NCBI RefSeq assembly: GCF_009914755.1
Contig: NC_060948.1
Length of the DNA: 64,000 nucleotides
Origin: the human T2T-CHM13v2.0 reference genome, Homo sapiens
Strand: one strand, 5' to 3'
Position 1 is the stretch's first letter, and the number at the start of each line of letters is the position of its first letter. Shown here one piece after another: positions 15,732 to 33,775 of this stretch. The notes beneath the pieces are model-generated. The model had not been told where the DNA came from and made no database searches. It saw only the letters and a list, made by a program, of their open reading frames with translations. Position numbers and translations under genes: made by a program.

Positions 15732-16253
15732 TGTGTCCATAGTTTGTTCCTTCCATCGTATTCTTTGTCTCACTGAATTCAAGAATGAAGCCGTGGACCT
15801 TCTCCTTGATTATTACAGCTTTTAAAGTTGGCATGGACCAAAAGAGTGAGAAGCAGCAAGATTTATTGTAGAAAATGAAAGAACAAAGATTCCACAATGT
15901 GGACAGGGACCCAAGTGGGTTGCTGCTGCTGGCTAGTGGGTGGCCAGCTTTTATTCCCTTATTTGTCTTTAGCCACGTCCTACTGATTGGTCCATTTTGC
16001 AGAGTGCTGATTGGTACATTTTACAGAGCACTGATTGGTCCATTTTACAGAGTGCTGATTGGTCCATTTTACAAAATTCTAGCTTGCCACAGAGTGCTGA
16101 TTTGTGCGTTTTTAAGAGCATTGATTGGCATAGTTTACAAACCTCTAGCTAGCCACAGAGTGCTCATTGGTGTGTTTTACAATCCACTTGTAAGACAGAA
16201 GAGTTCTCCCAGTCCCCACTCGACCAAGGAAATCCAGCTAGCTTCACCTCTCA
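15732..16253 (-). mobile_element. LTR12 (HERV9) solo LTR
   Basis: TG...CA ends (TGTGTCC...GCTTCACCTCTCA), tandem GCTGATTGG CCAAT boxes, 4-bp TSD CTTA/CTAA. Removing it restores the RT motif NPYTLLTQI. Confidence 0.92.
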
Positions 16254-17960
16254 CTAATACTTTGCTAACTCAAATATCTGAGACAATTAAGTGGTTCACA
16301 ATTTTAGACTTAAAAATTGACTTTTTTCCTGCATACCACTGCACCCTGACTTTTAATATTCATTTGCCTTGAAAGATTCCTCCAACCAGTCTGACCAGTT
16401 TACATGGGCAGTACTGACTCATGGGTTCTAAGAAAACTCCTCCTTGTTTAGGCAAACATCCAACTAACTCTCTCAGTAATCTAATACTCAGGCTAAAGTT
16501 TTACCGTATGTAGATATCGTTCTCCTCTGTGCCTCATCTCAGGGGGTTTCCAAAAAGGCACTGGGGCTCTTTTTAATTTTCCAGCAGGCAGAGAATAAAA
16601 CGTTTCTAACTGTAAATCACAGCTGTGTCAAGCTTCTGCATGGTACCTAGGCCTAGCTTTGTCAGAAGGGACCGAAACATTAGTGTGGAGTCAATTAAGT
16701 CTATTTTTCTATTTTTTTCCAAAATCCTTGAACCAGTAACAGAATTTTGGGGAATTACAGGTTTTTCTTAGATTGTGAATAGCTGAGTACATTGAAACAG
16801 CTCACCCTTTATATCACCATTCAAAAGAAACTTAAGCCACTAAAACTCACTCACTGACATGGGAAACTGAGGCTTAAAATGTCTTTAATCAGCTAAGGCA
16901 AGCTTTACTTAAAGTACCTGCCCTCAGTCTTCTGATAAAGAAGTCGTTTAATCTTTATGTCTCAGAAAAAAATTGATAGCCTTGGGAGTTTTAACTGTTT
17001 CCTAAAGTAAGCCCAGCAGCCAGCTGGTTACCTATGCAAGGAGCTCAACTTGGCCGCTAAAGAATTGGCAGCTAGCTGGCAAGCAGTTGCAGTTGTGGAT
17101 TTGCTGATTCCAGAAGTCACTAATGCCCAATCTTCATTTCTGAAGGGGGAATAAAATTAGTTATATAGCTTGTCTTCAGTAGATAGAAAGCAAAGGATCC
17201 CCAGAGACCCTCCAGCCCATAGGTAGGTGCCTCATCTCCACATAAAATAAAAAAAAAAAGATTGGGAAATATCAAGCTACAGGGACCAATAGAAGAACAA
17301 GCACAGGCTGTTGTGCCTGGAGACATGCACATGGCTGCACAGATAAACAAATCTGTGGCCCATTTAGATAAAAACTTTCACACAACTCCAGCTCACTTAG
17401 ATAAGAGAATAAGGCCTGGCATAAAAATGCTTTTTATTTTGTATAGTCAGAAAACGCCCTAGAAAATGCTTCTTCTCCCTTTGTGGGCATGGACACAGTG
17501 GGTTCTAGTGGGCACTTTTCTTCTATTTATATGGACTGTGAGTCTAGCCTCTATGAATCATCACTTCAGGCCCTGATTGGTCCTAAGCTGAAGTGCCAGG
17601 TCAAGCTATCTGTGACTTGAATGAATGAATCGTGACTTGAGCCCTGATTGGTCCCGGGCCAATGTGAGTGATGGGTTTCTCAAGGCAGCTGGCAGACTAA
17701 TCACATTTCTTGCTATTTCCAGTCCATAAAAATCCCAGAAGTTAAAACAAAGTTGACAATCTTTCTAAGCCTCCCTCTCTTCTGGCAGAGAGTTTTCTCC
17801 CTTTGCTTATTAAACTATTGCTCAAACCTCAGCATTTTGTACGTGCTCCTTAATTTTCTTGCAGGTCGAAAAAAATAACTCTTTTCTTTTCTCAGAAATG
17901 GTTAATTTTCTCTGAAACTTAGAGACAGTAACATTTTTGTGCATTGGTAGGACTACAACG

Positions 17961-18640
17961 TCTTCTCCTTAGGCAGAGCCTCTTTGTAGAAATTTTGGTA
18001 ACTCCAGGAAGCAGTTTATAGACCTAACTCTAATGTTTTCAAAAAATAACACTTGAGGGGAGGGGTGGCCACAGTCTCTGGTATAGTGGACTTAATATTT
18101 TTTACCTGCTAACTCTGAAGTGTCTGGGCCATCAGACAAGATGGATTACCCGCAATGCAGCACATTTGATTTCACTAAGAGCAGCCAGAATTCTTCCTTA
18201 AGCAAGTCTCTAATTCCATGCCTCCTGACTGGTTAAGTCATTTGAAAAGGGGTCTCCAGACACATTATACAAGAGAGTTTCAGCTGGAATCAGTTCAGTG
18301 TCCTTCTGAAACAAACTTCCAGAGGAACAAGCAACTTCATCAAAGTCTCAGAATACAAAATAGATATGTGGACAAGAAAAGCATTTCTGTACACCAAAAA
18401 CACACAAGCAAAGAGCCAAATTATGAATAAATTCTCATTTACAATTGCCGTAAAGAAAATAAAATACTTAAAAATACATCTAAAAAGGGAAGTGACAAAA
18501 TTCTTCAGTGAGAACTACAAACTATGAATAGAAAAAAAGTAAATATCATGAAAATGGCCATACTGCCAAAAGCAAGATGTAGATTTAATGCTATTTCTGT
18601 TAAACTACCATTGACATTCTTCAAAGAATTAGAAAGAAAT
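17961..18640 (+). mobile_element. Old L1 5'UTR (right half) joined at ~18330 to an ORF2 fragment
   Basis: GAGGGGAGGGGTGGCCACAGTCTCTG 5'UTR motif, then AAGCAACTTCATCAAAGTCTCAGAATACAAAA from ORF2. Confidence 0.7.
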
Positions 18641-20779
18641 ATGGATTAAAAAGCTTTGGGGCTAAGTCATTCGGGTTTTCAAGATATAGGATTATATCAT
18701 CTGCAGAAAAGAACAGTTTGACTCTCTCTCTTATTAAATACTTATTTTTTTCTCTTGTCTGATTACCCTTTCAAAACTTCGACCTTATGTTGAATGAGGG
18801 TGGTGAGAGAGGGTTTTTTGTCTTGTGACAGTTTTCAAGGGTTATGATTCTAGATTTTGCCATTTCTGTATAATATTGGCTGTCAGTTTACCATAAATGG
18901 CTTTATCAGTTTGATGTATGTGTCTTTAATTCTTAGTTTATTGAGAGTTTTTAACATGAATGGAAGTTGAATTTTATTTAAGGCCATTTTTATGTTTATT
19001 GAGATAATTATGTGATTTTTCTCTTTTTGAGATGAATTACATATCTTGATTTGCATTTATTGAACCAGGCTTGCATCCTTGGGATGTAGTCAACTAGATT
19101 ATGGTGGACAAGCTTTTTGATGTGCTGGTGGATTCTGTTTGCCAGTATTTTATTGAAAATTTTTGCATCAATATCCATCAGGGATATTGGCCTAAAGTTT
19201 ACTTTTGTTATTGTATTTCTGCCAGGTTTTGTAACAGGATGACGCTGACCTCATAAAATGATTTATGAAGGAGTCCCTACTTTTCAACTGTTGGAGATAG
19301 TTCTGGAAGAAATGATACAGACTCCTCTTTTTATCTGTGCTATATCGTAAATATAAATTGTAAATCCATCTTGTCTTTGGCTTTTTTTAAATTGGTAGAA
19401 TATTCATTACTCTCTCAATTTCAGAAATTATTGTTGGCCTATTCAGTGATTCAACTTCTTCCTGGTTCTATCTTGGGAGACTGTATATGTCCAGGCATTT
19501 ATTCATTTATATTAAGTTTTCTAGTTTATTTGCCTAGAGGAGTTTATGATATTCTCCGGTTGATTTTTTGTATTTTTGTGGGGTCAGTGTTGGTTTCTCC
19601 ATTATCATTTCTGATTGTGCTTATTTGAATCTCCTACTTTCTTATTTGTTAGTTTATTTAGTAATATATCTACTTTATTGATTTTTTTTAAAAAAAAGCT
19701 TTTGGATTTGTTGATTGAAGAGGTTTTCATTTCTCTATCTCTTGCAGTTCCACTCTGTTCTTGGTTATCTCTTGCCTTCCACTAGCTCTAGAGTTAGTTT
19801 CCTCTTGGTTCTCCAGTTCTTACAGTTGTGATGTTAGGAAGTTGATTTGAGATACTTCTACCTTTTTGATTTGGGCCTGTAGTGCTATAAATTTAGTCCT
19901 ACAAATAAATAAATTTTGTCCTAGAAATTTGTCTTTTAACAGTGTTTTAGCTGAATTTCAGACACCCTGCTACGTTGCCTCTTTGTTCTCATAAGTTTCA
20001 AAGATCTTCTTGATTTCTGCCTTAATTTAATTATTTACCCAGGAGTCATTCAGGAGCAGATTGTTCAATTTTAATGTAGTTGTGTGGTTTTGAGTAAAAT
20101 TCTTAACATTGAGTTTTAATTGTATTGCACCGTGACCTGAGAGACTGTTTTTATGATGTCAGTTCTTTTGCATTTGCTGAGGAGTGTTTTACTCCAATTA
20201 TGTAATCAATTTCAAGGTAAGTGTCAGTGGCACCTAAAAACATGTATATTGTTGTTTTGGGTGGAGAGTTCTGTTGCTGTTTCTCAGGGCAACTTGATAC
20301 AGAGTCTTAAATGTCTTAGTTAATTTGCTGTCTCAATAGTCTATTCAATATTGAACATGTGGCATTGATGTCTCCCTCTGATATTTTGTGGGCATTTAAG
20401 TCTTTTTGTAGTCTTTTTTTTTTAAATCTCTGTTGGTTTACATTCTATTTTGTCAGAAACTAGGATGGTGATCTCTGCTTTCTTCTGCTTTCTATTTGTT
20501 TGGTAAATTTTTCTTCATCACTTTATTTTGTGCATATACATGTCTTTGCATAATATGTATATCTTTAATACAGTACACTACTGGATCTTGTCTTTTTACC
20601 CAGCTTACCATGTGGTGTCTTTTAATTGGGTCATTTAATCCATTTACATTTAAGATTAATATGGTTAATATTGCTCTGCATTAGTTTGATTATGTCATTG
20701 TAATGCTGGCTGATTAATTTGCAGATTGGTTAATGTAGTTGTTTCATAGTGTCATTTGTCTGTGTACTTCAGTGTGTTT

Positions 20780-20780
<1 letters not shown>
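18641..20780 (-). mobile_element. Old L1PA ORF2 5' half, antisense
   Basis: ATCATCTGCAG, GGTGGACAAGCTTTTTGATGTGCTG, TTATTTACCCAGGAGTCATTCAGGAGCAG. Confidence 0.85.
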
Positions 20781-24010
<3,230 letters not shown>

Positions 24011-24834
24011 GATCATTTGAAGAAATAGAAAGAATATACACATATCAATTATGAGAGTCACATAACAAAAATCTCAACCAGTCAACTTCATCATCCTGCC
24101 ATTTTAGCCTCTAGAAGTGAGTTTCTGATGTTTAAGTCATCCAGTAGGAATTCCTTTACTATGAAAATATGAATACACTTATACCATTATTTATAAGTGG
24201 TCTTGCTTTTTAAATGTACTATTGCATCTCTCTTTCTTAATAATAGCCACAGAAAAACACAGCTGATAAATAATGTTTAGGTGTATTTTTACAAGTCACA
24301 CAAACTTCTGATAATTTCTAAGATAATTATTGTCTACCTACCACTGATAGTCTTACAGCACTGATTTGTTTTACAGGGAACATAAATCTATACTCCCAAA
24401 ACACTATGACTTATTCAAACAGTAAAGAATGGAAAGTGTGAATGATCAACACAGTCTGTTGGAATAAAAAGACAAATGCTGTGATATAAAATAACACTGT
24501 TGGTGCCTACAGCAGAAAATGGTCCCAGGTGGTAATGCAACAGGTGGAGATACAGAACATGAGGATAGTAAACTAGAACAAGATAGGATTCAGATATTTT
24601 GGATGGTGGCAATTCTAAACTGGCTTCATGTCATGGAGACATATTTTACTATGGAGTAAAGTATTGTCCTACTTTGTACAGGTGGAAAACGCTTCCATTG
24701 TACTTAATATTGAGTAAATAGTTCAAGGAGGTAGGCAAAACTAACTTCAGTGTGGCTGCTGAGAAATTCAGAAAATACCATTATTCACAGGAATATATCT
24801 GTTTTTCATATTGTTAACATCAGCAGTAGCATTA

Positions 24835-25110
24835 TATCTGAGGCCATAGTTATATGGACTTCATTGTTCATATTACTATTAGCATTTTAGTCACATCATT
24901 CAACCGGTTTCTAGAAAGTTCTAACCTTTCTCAAAAACTATTTCAATGTTCTTCTGAGCCCTCCATACTTTCTCAACTTCTGCCCATTATCCAGTTCCAA
25001 ACTGGCTTTCACATTTTCACCTGTCTTCAGAGCAATACACCCACTTCATTGGTAAAAATTTTCTGTATTAGCCTGTCCTCTCACTGTTGTAAAAAATGAC
25101 CTGAGCCAAA
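24835..25110 (-). mobile_element. MST/THE1 internal-region end plus start of LTR (fragment)
   Basis: TTCTTCTGAGCCCTCC...CCAGTTCCAAA...TTTCTGTATTAG. Confidence 0.7.
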
Positions 25111-25149
25111 AAAAGAATATAAATAATTATCTTATTAGTATAATAATGC

Positions 25150-26768
25150 CTTCCACAGTTATTTCACCTTTAATTTTTAGAATCTGTAAATATGTTACCT
25201 TGCAGGGTAAAATATGCCTTGCAGATGTGATTATAGTTATGGCTTTCAGATGCAAAGGTGATTCAGATTTATCAAAGTGAAATCGATATAATCACAGAAA
25301 TAATTATGTTTTTTTTCTGCTGTCAAAAAATAACAATAACCAAAGCTTAGTGAGATATAACATGAGAGGACATTTATACTTCATTTGTTGTTTAAACATA
25401 AAAATAGGCCCCAGTGTGTATTATTTTTCACCTTGTGTCCACATGATCTTATAGTTCAGTGTCCACTTAAGAGTGAGAAGTTGCAGTGTTTGGGTTTCTA
25501 TTTCTATGTTAGTTTGCCAAGAAGGATGGATTCCAGCTTCATTCATGTACCTGCAAAAAATATGATCTCATTCCTTTTTATAGCTGTGTAGTATTCAATG
25601 GTGTATATGTACCACATCTTCCTTATCCAGTCTATCATTGATGAGCATTTGGTTTGGTTTTATGTCTTTGCTATTGGGGATATTGCCGGAATAAACATAC
25701 GTAGACATGTATCTTTGTAATAGAATGATTTATATTACATTAAGCATATACCAAGTAATGAGCTTTCTTGTTCTAGATCCTTGAGGAATCCTCACATTGT
25801 CTTTCACAATCGTTGAACTAATTTACGTTCCCACCAACAGTGTAAAACCTTCCTGTTTTTCTACAGCATTGTCAACATCGTTTTTTCTTACCTTTTTACA
25901 ACTGCCATTTAGACTGGTATAAAATGGCATCTTACTGGTGACAGAATGGAGAGCATCAGGAAAAATAGCTAATGTGTGCCAGGCTTATTACCTAGCTGAT
26001 GGGTTGATGGGTGCAGTAAACCACCATGGCACATGTTTACCTATGTAACAAACCTGCACATTCTGCACGTGTGTCTGAAACTTAAAGTAAAATTTAAAAA
26101 AATATATTTATTTTTTTAAAAAAGAAAAATGGAAATAAATGAATAAGGGATAAACAGGAGAAAATGTATATAGCAACATAATAATTAAGGGTGTGTTAAA
26201 TAGGGAGACATTGAAATATAATACATTAAATAAGAAAAAATAATTTGCATTGTTGACATAAAAGCAATCAATTATATAAAATTAACAGACTTTTTGAAGA
26301 AAGTATTTTCCTGTCTTCTGTCAAGGGCACATGAATCTTTTTTAAAAGTGACCATATTCTATATCACAAAATAAGTAGAACTCGAAGACATGCATGTATA
26401 GTTAAATAATTGCCTGTAAACCAATGTTTTTAAGAACAGACTATATAGTGTTTTAAATTGCTAATTTGTCTTTCTTTTGCAGTTTAGGCATCTTTACTTA
26501 ATTTTAATTGTATAATTGTTTAATCATGCAATACATAGGAATAAAATAAAACTTCCACAAAAAAGGGCCATAAGCCAAGAAATATAGCATGTCTGCAAGC
26601 TGTAAAGAGCAAGAAAACTCATTAACAAAAGAAAAAGCATAAACTGACAATACGATGAAATTTAGCTTAGACTTTTGATCTACAAAACTGTAAGATACAA
26701 TTTTATGTTGTTTAAGCCACTAAGTTTGTGGCAATTTGTTAGGGCAACAATTAAAAAAAAAATTATAC
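25150..26768 (+). mobile_element. MLT1 LTR split in two (~25150-25380 and ~26565-26768) by later L1 insertions
   Basis: TGTAAATATGTTACCTTGCAGGG...GCAGATGTGATT and TGTTGTTTAAGCCACTAAGTTTGTGGCAATTTGTTA. Confidence 0.6.
25405..26105 (+). mobile_element. Short 5'-inverted L1PA (antisense ~25405-25933, sense 3'UTR ~25935-26105)
   Basis: The antisense block starts at AGGCCCCAGTGTG. The sense block GAGAGCATCAGGAAAAATAGCTAATG...CTTAAAGTAAAA continues from the adjacent L1 position. Confidence 0.75.
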
Positions 26769-27152
26769 CCGTTACTTTTTGAGTAAAAGGAGTTTCTGCA
26801 GTCAAATCTGTCTGCTGCTTCACTTTTTCAAAATGATTTTGGAACATGATTATTTTCTATGTAGAATCCTTATGTGACAGTATTTTTATTACTAGATAAG
26901 TAAATGAAAACTTTTTGCCCAATTATATTAAGTATATACACTTAAAGTTTGGCTAGGTCGATTTTGAGATAATAAAAAGTTGTTGTTCTAAATAACAGCC
27001 AACAAAGTCTTACAATTATACTGACAGAAGTTTGTTTTCAGCTGTGTTTTAATATAATATTGATTTTGATTTTGATTTTGATTTTCTTATTGCTTTATCC
27101 TATTTCTCAAAGCATCTCCCATTTGCTTTGTGGGCTTTTTTTTGTCTTAAAC

Positions 27153-27523
27153 TGATAAGTTTGACTCCGTTTTGCCACCTAAGTCTCATGTCAAATTGTA
27201 ATCTCCAGTGTTAAAGGAGGGGCCTCCTGGGAGGTGTTCAAATCATGAAGGTGGATTTCCCTTTGGCTCTTCTTATAATAAAATTCTCATGACCCCTGTT
27301 TATTTAAAACCTCTTTCTTTACTCTCTCTCTCTCTCTCTGCCGGCCATGTAAAGAAATGCTTGCTTCCCTTTTACCTTGTGCAATGAGGGTAAGTGTCTT
27401 GAGGCCTTCTCAGAAAAAGAAGCTAGTACAACATGCAAAACCCTGAGCCAATTAAACCTCTTTTTAAAATAAATTACCCAGTTGCAGTGGTGTCTTTATA
27501 ACAGTGTGAGAATGGATTAATAA
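27153..27523 (+). mobile_element. MST (MSTA-like) solo LTR
   Basis: TGATAAGTTTG...TCTCATGTCAAATTGTAATC...GAGCCAATTAAACCTCT...AAATTACCCAG. Confidence 0.8.
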
Positions 27524-27599
27524 TATATACCCATATCAACAAACAGTTTTGTTGACAAACTGAAAATTGAAATGCTTTTTATTTTTATAAATGGATCTT

Positions 27600-28548
27600 T
27601 ATTTTTCTCTCTATACAAAAATTCATTGAAAATATATTAAATACTTAAATGTAAAACCTAAAACTGTAACACTTTTACAAAATAACATTAAAAAAAAGCT
27701 TCATGATTTAGGAGTGCTAAATGAGGATTTGGAAGTAACCTCAAAGGCATGTGCAATAGAAACAAATAATCACATGAGATTTTGTTAGTTAAAAAAATTC
27801 AAAATAAATAAACAAAAGAAATAAATAATAGATTAAGGAGAGAATGCTCAGATTCCAAGAAAATATTTGTGAACCAACTCTAAGGTAAGGGAGAAATATT
27901 CAAGATATACAATAACTCAAACTACTCAAAAAGAAGAAATTTTTAAAAATATCAAAAACAGGCAAGAAACTTGAGCTATTTCCAAAAAAAAAAAAACATA
28001 TAAATAAGCCACAAATGTATTTTTAAACATTCAACATCTATAATTATTACAAATATACAAATGAAATTTATTAAATATTAACTCATACTTGTTGAAATTA
28101 TTGTTATAAAAAAGTTAAAGATAAGTGTTGGTGAAAATGTGAAGAAAAGGAAGTGTTAATGCACCGTTAGAGTTATTGTAAATTAGTAAATATATTACAA
28201 AAATGTAAAATACATAAAATTTGCTCAAAAAACTAAAATACATATTTTATATAATAGAGCAATGCTAACTTTCAGTATATATTCCAAGAAATTGAAATCA
28301 GTATGCCAAAGAGATATTTGTACTATCATGTTGATTGAAGCATTATTTACAATAGCTAAGATATAGAGACAATCTAATGTTTAACCACAGGTGAATAAAT
28401 TTTTAGAAATTTGGTGTATATAAAACCAATAGAATATTTTTTAGCCTCTTAAAAATAGAAACTTCTGTTATTCATGACTACCTAGATAAATCTGGAGAAA
28501 ATGCTAACTGAAACAAGACAAAAAGAGAGAAAAAGGCTGTAAAATCTC
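27600..28548 (+). mobile_element. Old L1M 3' ORF2/3'UTR fragment
   Basis: CTTAAATGTAAAACCTAAAACTGTAA, GAAATCAGTATGCCAAAGAGATATTTG. Confidence 0.7.
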
Positions 28549-30449
28549 ATTTTTTAAAAATTATACTTTAAATTCTGGGCTATATGTACAGAATGGACAG
28601 GTTTGTTATATAGGTATACATGTGCCAAGGTGGTTTGCTGCACCAATCAGCCTGTCATCAACATTAGGTATTTCTCCTAATACTATCCCTTCTCTAGTCC
28701 CTCACCTCCAAACAGGCCCCAGTGTGTGATGTTCCCCTCCCTGTGTCCATGTATTCTCATTGTTCAACTCCCACTTATGAGTGAGAACATGTGGTGTTTG
28801 GTTTTCTCTTCTTGTGTTAGTTTGCTGAGAATGATGGTTTTCAGCTTCATCCATGTCCCTTCAAAGGACATGAATTCATCCTTTTTTATGGGAGCATAGT
28901 ATTCCATGGTGTATATGTGCCAGATTTTTCCTATCCAGTCTATCACTGATGGATATTTGGGTGGGTTCCAAGTTTTTATTATTGTGAACAGTGCTGCAAT
29001 AAACATACATATGCATGAATCTTTGTAGTAGAATAATATATAATCCTTTGGGTATATAACCAGTAATGGGATTTATGGGTGAAATGGTATCTGACGTTCT
29101 ACACCCTTGAGGAGGAATCGCTATACTGTCTTTCACAATGATTGAACTAATTTACACTCCCACTATCAGTGTAAAAGCGTTCCTATTTCTCCACATCCTC
29201 TCCAGCACCTGTTGTTTCCTGACATTTTTAATGATCACCATTCTAACTGGCATGAGATGGTATCTCATTGTGGTTTTGATTTGAATTTCTCTAATGACCA
29301 CTGATGGTGAGCTTTTTTCATCTGTTTGTTGGATGCATAATGTCTTCTTTTGAGAAGTGTCTGTTCATATCCTTTGCCCACTTTTTTATAAGGTTGTTTG
29401 TTTTGTTCTTGTAAGTTTGTTTAAGTTCCTTGCAGATTCTGGATATTAGCCCTTTGTCCGAAAGATACATTGCAAAAACTTTATCTCATTCTATAGGTTT
29501 CCTGCTCACTCTGATGATAGTTCTTTTTTGTTGTTTTGTTTTTTTGTTGTTGTTTGTTTTTGTTTTTGCTGTGCAGAGCTCTTTACTTTAATTAGATCCC
29601 ATTTGTCAATTCTGGCTTTGGTTGTCGTTGCTTTTGGTATTTTAGTCGTGAACTCTTTGCCCATGCCTGTGTCCTGAATGGTATTGACTGTTTTCTTCTA
29701 GGGTTTTATGGTTTTAGATCTTAAGTTTAAGCCTTTAATTCATCTTGAGTTAATTTTTGTATAAGGTGGAAGGAAGCGGTCCAGTATATTTTTTTCCATG
29801 TATGGGAAGCCACTTTATCAATACTATTTATTAAATAGGGAATCCTTTCCCCATTTCTTGTTTTTGTCAGGTTTGACAAAGATCAGATGGTTCTAGATGT
29901 GTGGTGTTATTTCTGAGGTTTCTGTTCTGTCCAGTTGGTCTATATATTTGTTTTGGTACCAGTACCATGCTGCATTGGTTACTGTAGCCTTGTAGTATAG
30001 TTTGAAGTAAGGTAGCATGATGCCTCAAGCTTTCTGCTTTTTGCTTAGGATTGTCTTGGTAATATGAGGTCTTTTTTAGTTCCATATGAAATTTAAAGTA
30101 GCTTTTTCTAATTCTCTGATGAAAGTCAGTAGTAGCCAGTTGGGTTTGGCATTAAATCTATAAATGTATAGCGTTAAATCTATAGTCTATGAACTTCGGG
30201 CAATATGGCCTTTTCACAATATTGATACTTCTAATTTATGAGCATAGAATGTTTTTCCATTTGTTTGTGTCCTCTTTTATTTCCTTGAACAGTGGTTTGA
30301 AGTTTTCCTTAAAGAGGTCATTCACATCTTTTGTAAGTAGTATTGCTAAGTATTTTATTCTCTTTGTAGTATTTGTAAATGAGTGTACCACTCATGATTT
30401 GTCTATCTGTTTGTGTGTTATTGGTGTATAGAAATACTTGTGATTTTTT
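28549..30449 (-). mobile_element. L1PA (7/8-like) 3' segment
   Basis: Antisense 3'UTR TTATACTTTAAATTCTGGG. ORF 28764..29006 MFIAALFTIIKTWNPPK is the ORF2p C-terminus. Confidence 0.9.
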
Positions 30450-31787
<1,338 letters not shown>

Positions 31788-31789
31788 TT

Positions 31790-32490
31790 TGCTTGCTTTT
31801 TGACAGACTTTTTTGTTCTTTGTTTGTTGCTTTAAGTTTTTTATAAGCTGTGGATTTGAGATTTTTGCCAAACATATAGTTTATGAACAATTTGTCCTAT
31901 TTTATAGGTGGTCTATTTATTCTACACTTAAAGAAAACCCCAGTTGTCAAAGTTTGCTTTTGTTGTAATTGCCTTCAGAGTCTTTCTTATTTAATCTTTG
32001 CCTATGCAAATGTCAATAATGGTATTTTCTAGGTATTCTGTTGTGATATCTTGAGTCTTTTATTGTAACATACATTTTACTTTTTTTAAATTTTAGTAGT
32101 TTTGGGGGAACAGGTGGTGTTTGATCATATGAATAATTTACTTAGTGGTGCTTTCTGAGATTGTAGTGTACCCAAGCAGTGTAACTATGTCCAATATGTA
32201 ATCTTTTATTTCTTACCTCCCTCTCATACTTCCCCAAAGTCTCAAAAGTCCATTTTATGAATTCTTATTCCTTTGCGTCCTCATAGTTTAGCTCCCATTA
32301 TAAGTGAGAACATACAATGTTTGGTTTCCATTTCTGAGTTGCTTCACTTAGAATAATGGCCTCCTAAACCACTGAGATTCCTGTGAGTGACATTGTTTCA
32401 TTTCTTATTATTAATAAGTAATAATTTATGGTATTTATATATACCACATTTTCCTTATCCACTCCTTGATTGATGGTCATTTGGGCTGTT
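31790..32490 (-). mobile_element. Old L1 fragment followed by a truncated L1PB-type 3' end
   Basis: TAGTTTTGGGGGAACAGGTGGTGTTTG at ~32097. Confidence 0.7.
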
Positions 32491-32772
32491 TAATTTTAGT
32501 TTTATTTTAATAGTTTTTTTTGGGGGGGGAAACAGGTGGCATTTGCTTACAAGAATAAGTTCTTTAGTAATGAATTATAAGATATATTAGTTCACCCAAG
32601 TAGTATACGTTGTACCTAAGGTGTAGTTTTTATATTTCTGTCTCCATCCACTTTTTACTTTCTGTGTCTCTAAATTTCATTATATTACTCTGCAAACCTT
32701 ATGTACTTATAGGTTAGCTCCCACTTAAAAATGAGAACATACGCTCTTTGATTATTTACTCCTGTCTCATTT

Positions 32773-33737
32773 CTTTTTTCTTTTTTTTAATTATACTTTA
32801 AGTTTTAGGGTATATCTGCACAAAGTGCAGGTTTGTTATATGTGTATACATGTGCCATGTTGCTGTGCTGCCTCCATTAACTTGTTATTTAACATTAGGT
32901 ATATCTCCTAATGCTATCCCTTTCCCCTCCCCCCACCACACAACAGCCCTCAGTGTGTGATGTTCCTCTTCCTGTGTCCATGTGTTCTCATTGTTCAATT
33001 CCCAACTACGAATGAGAACAAGTGGTGTTTGGTTTTTTGTCCTTGGGATAGTGTGCTGAGAATGATCGTTTCCAGATTTGTCCATGTCCCTACAAACGAC
33101 ATGAACTCATTATTTTTATGGCTGCATAGTATTCCATGGTGTATATGTGCCATATTTTCTTAATACAGTCTACCATTGTTGGGCATTTGGGTTGGTTCCA
33201 AGTCTTTGCTATTGTGAATAGTGCTGCAATAAACATAGGTATGCATGTGTCTTTATAGCAGCATAATTTATAATCCCTTCGGTATATAAACAGTAATGGG
33301 ATGGCTGAGTCAAATGGTATTTCTAACTCCAGATCCCTGAGAAATCACCACACTGACTTCCACAATGGTTGAACTAGTTTATAGTCCCAAAAACAGTGTA
33401 AAAGTGTTCCTATTTCTCCACATCCTCTCCAGCACCTCTTGTTTCCTGACTTTTTAATGATTGCCATTCTAACTGGTGTGAGATGGTATCTCGTTGTTTT
33501 GATTTGCATTCCTCTGATGGCCAGTGATGATGAGCATTTTTTCATGTGTCTGTTGGTTGCATAAATGTTTTCTTTTGAGAAGTGTCTGTTCATATCCTTC
33601 TCCCACTTTTTGTTGGGATTGTTTGCTTTTTCTTGTAAATTTGTTTGAGTTCATTGTAGATTCTGGATGATCTTTGGCAGATGAGTAGGTTGTGAAAATT
33701 TTCTCCCATTTTGTAGGTTGCTTGTTCACTCTGATGT

Positions 33738-33775
<38 letters not shown>

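Noticed and set aside
15875-16372. 165-aa ORF with RVLIG repeats ending in RT-like WFTILDLK, a possible fusion protein
   Set aside because: Antisense reading of LTR12 CCAAT repeats that runs by chance into a pol relic; no sign of function.
18315-18345. 5'UTR-ORF2 join as a spliced L1 integrant
   Set aside because: No GT/AG-consistent boundaries seen; shared AGCA microhomology suggests a DNA-level deletion.
30150-30190. Small duplications (GCATTAAATCTATA x2; similar at ~35014-35046 and ~45585-45605)
   Set aside because: Ordinary short slippage duplications within old L1; real but unremarkable.
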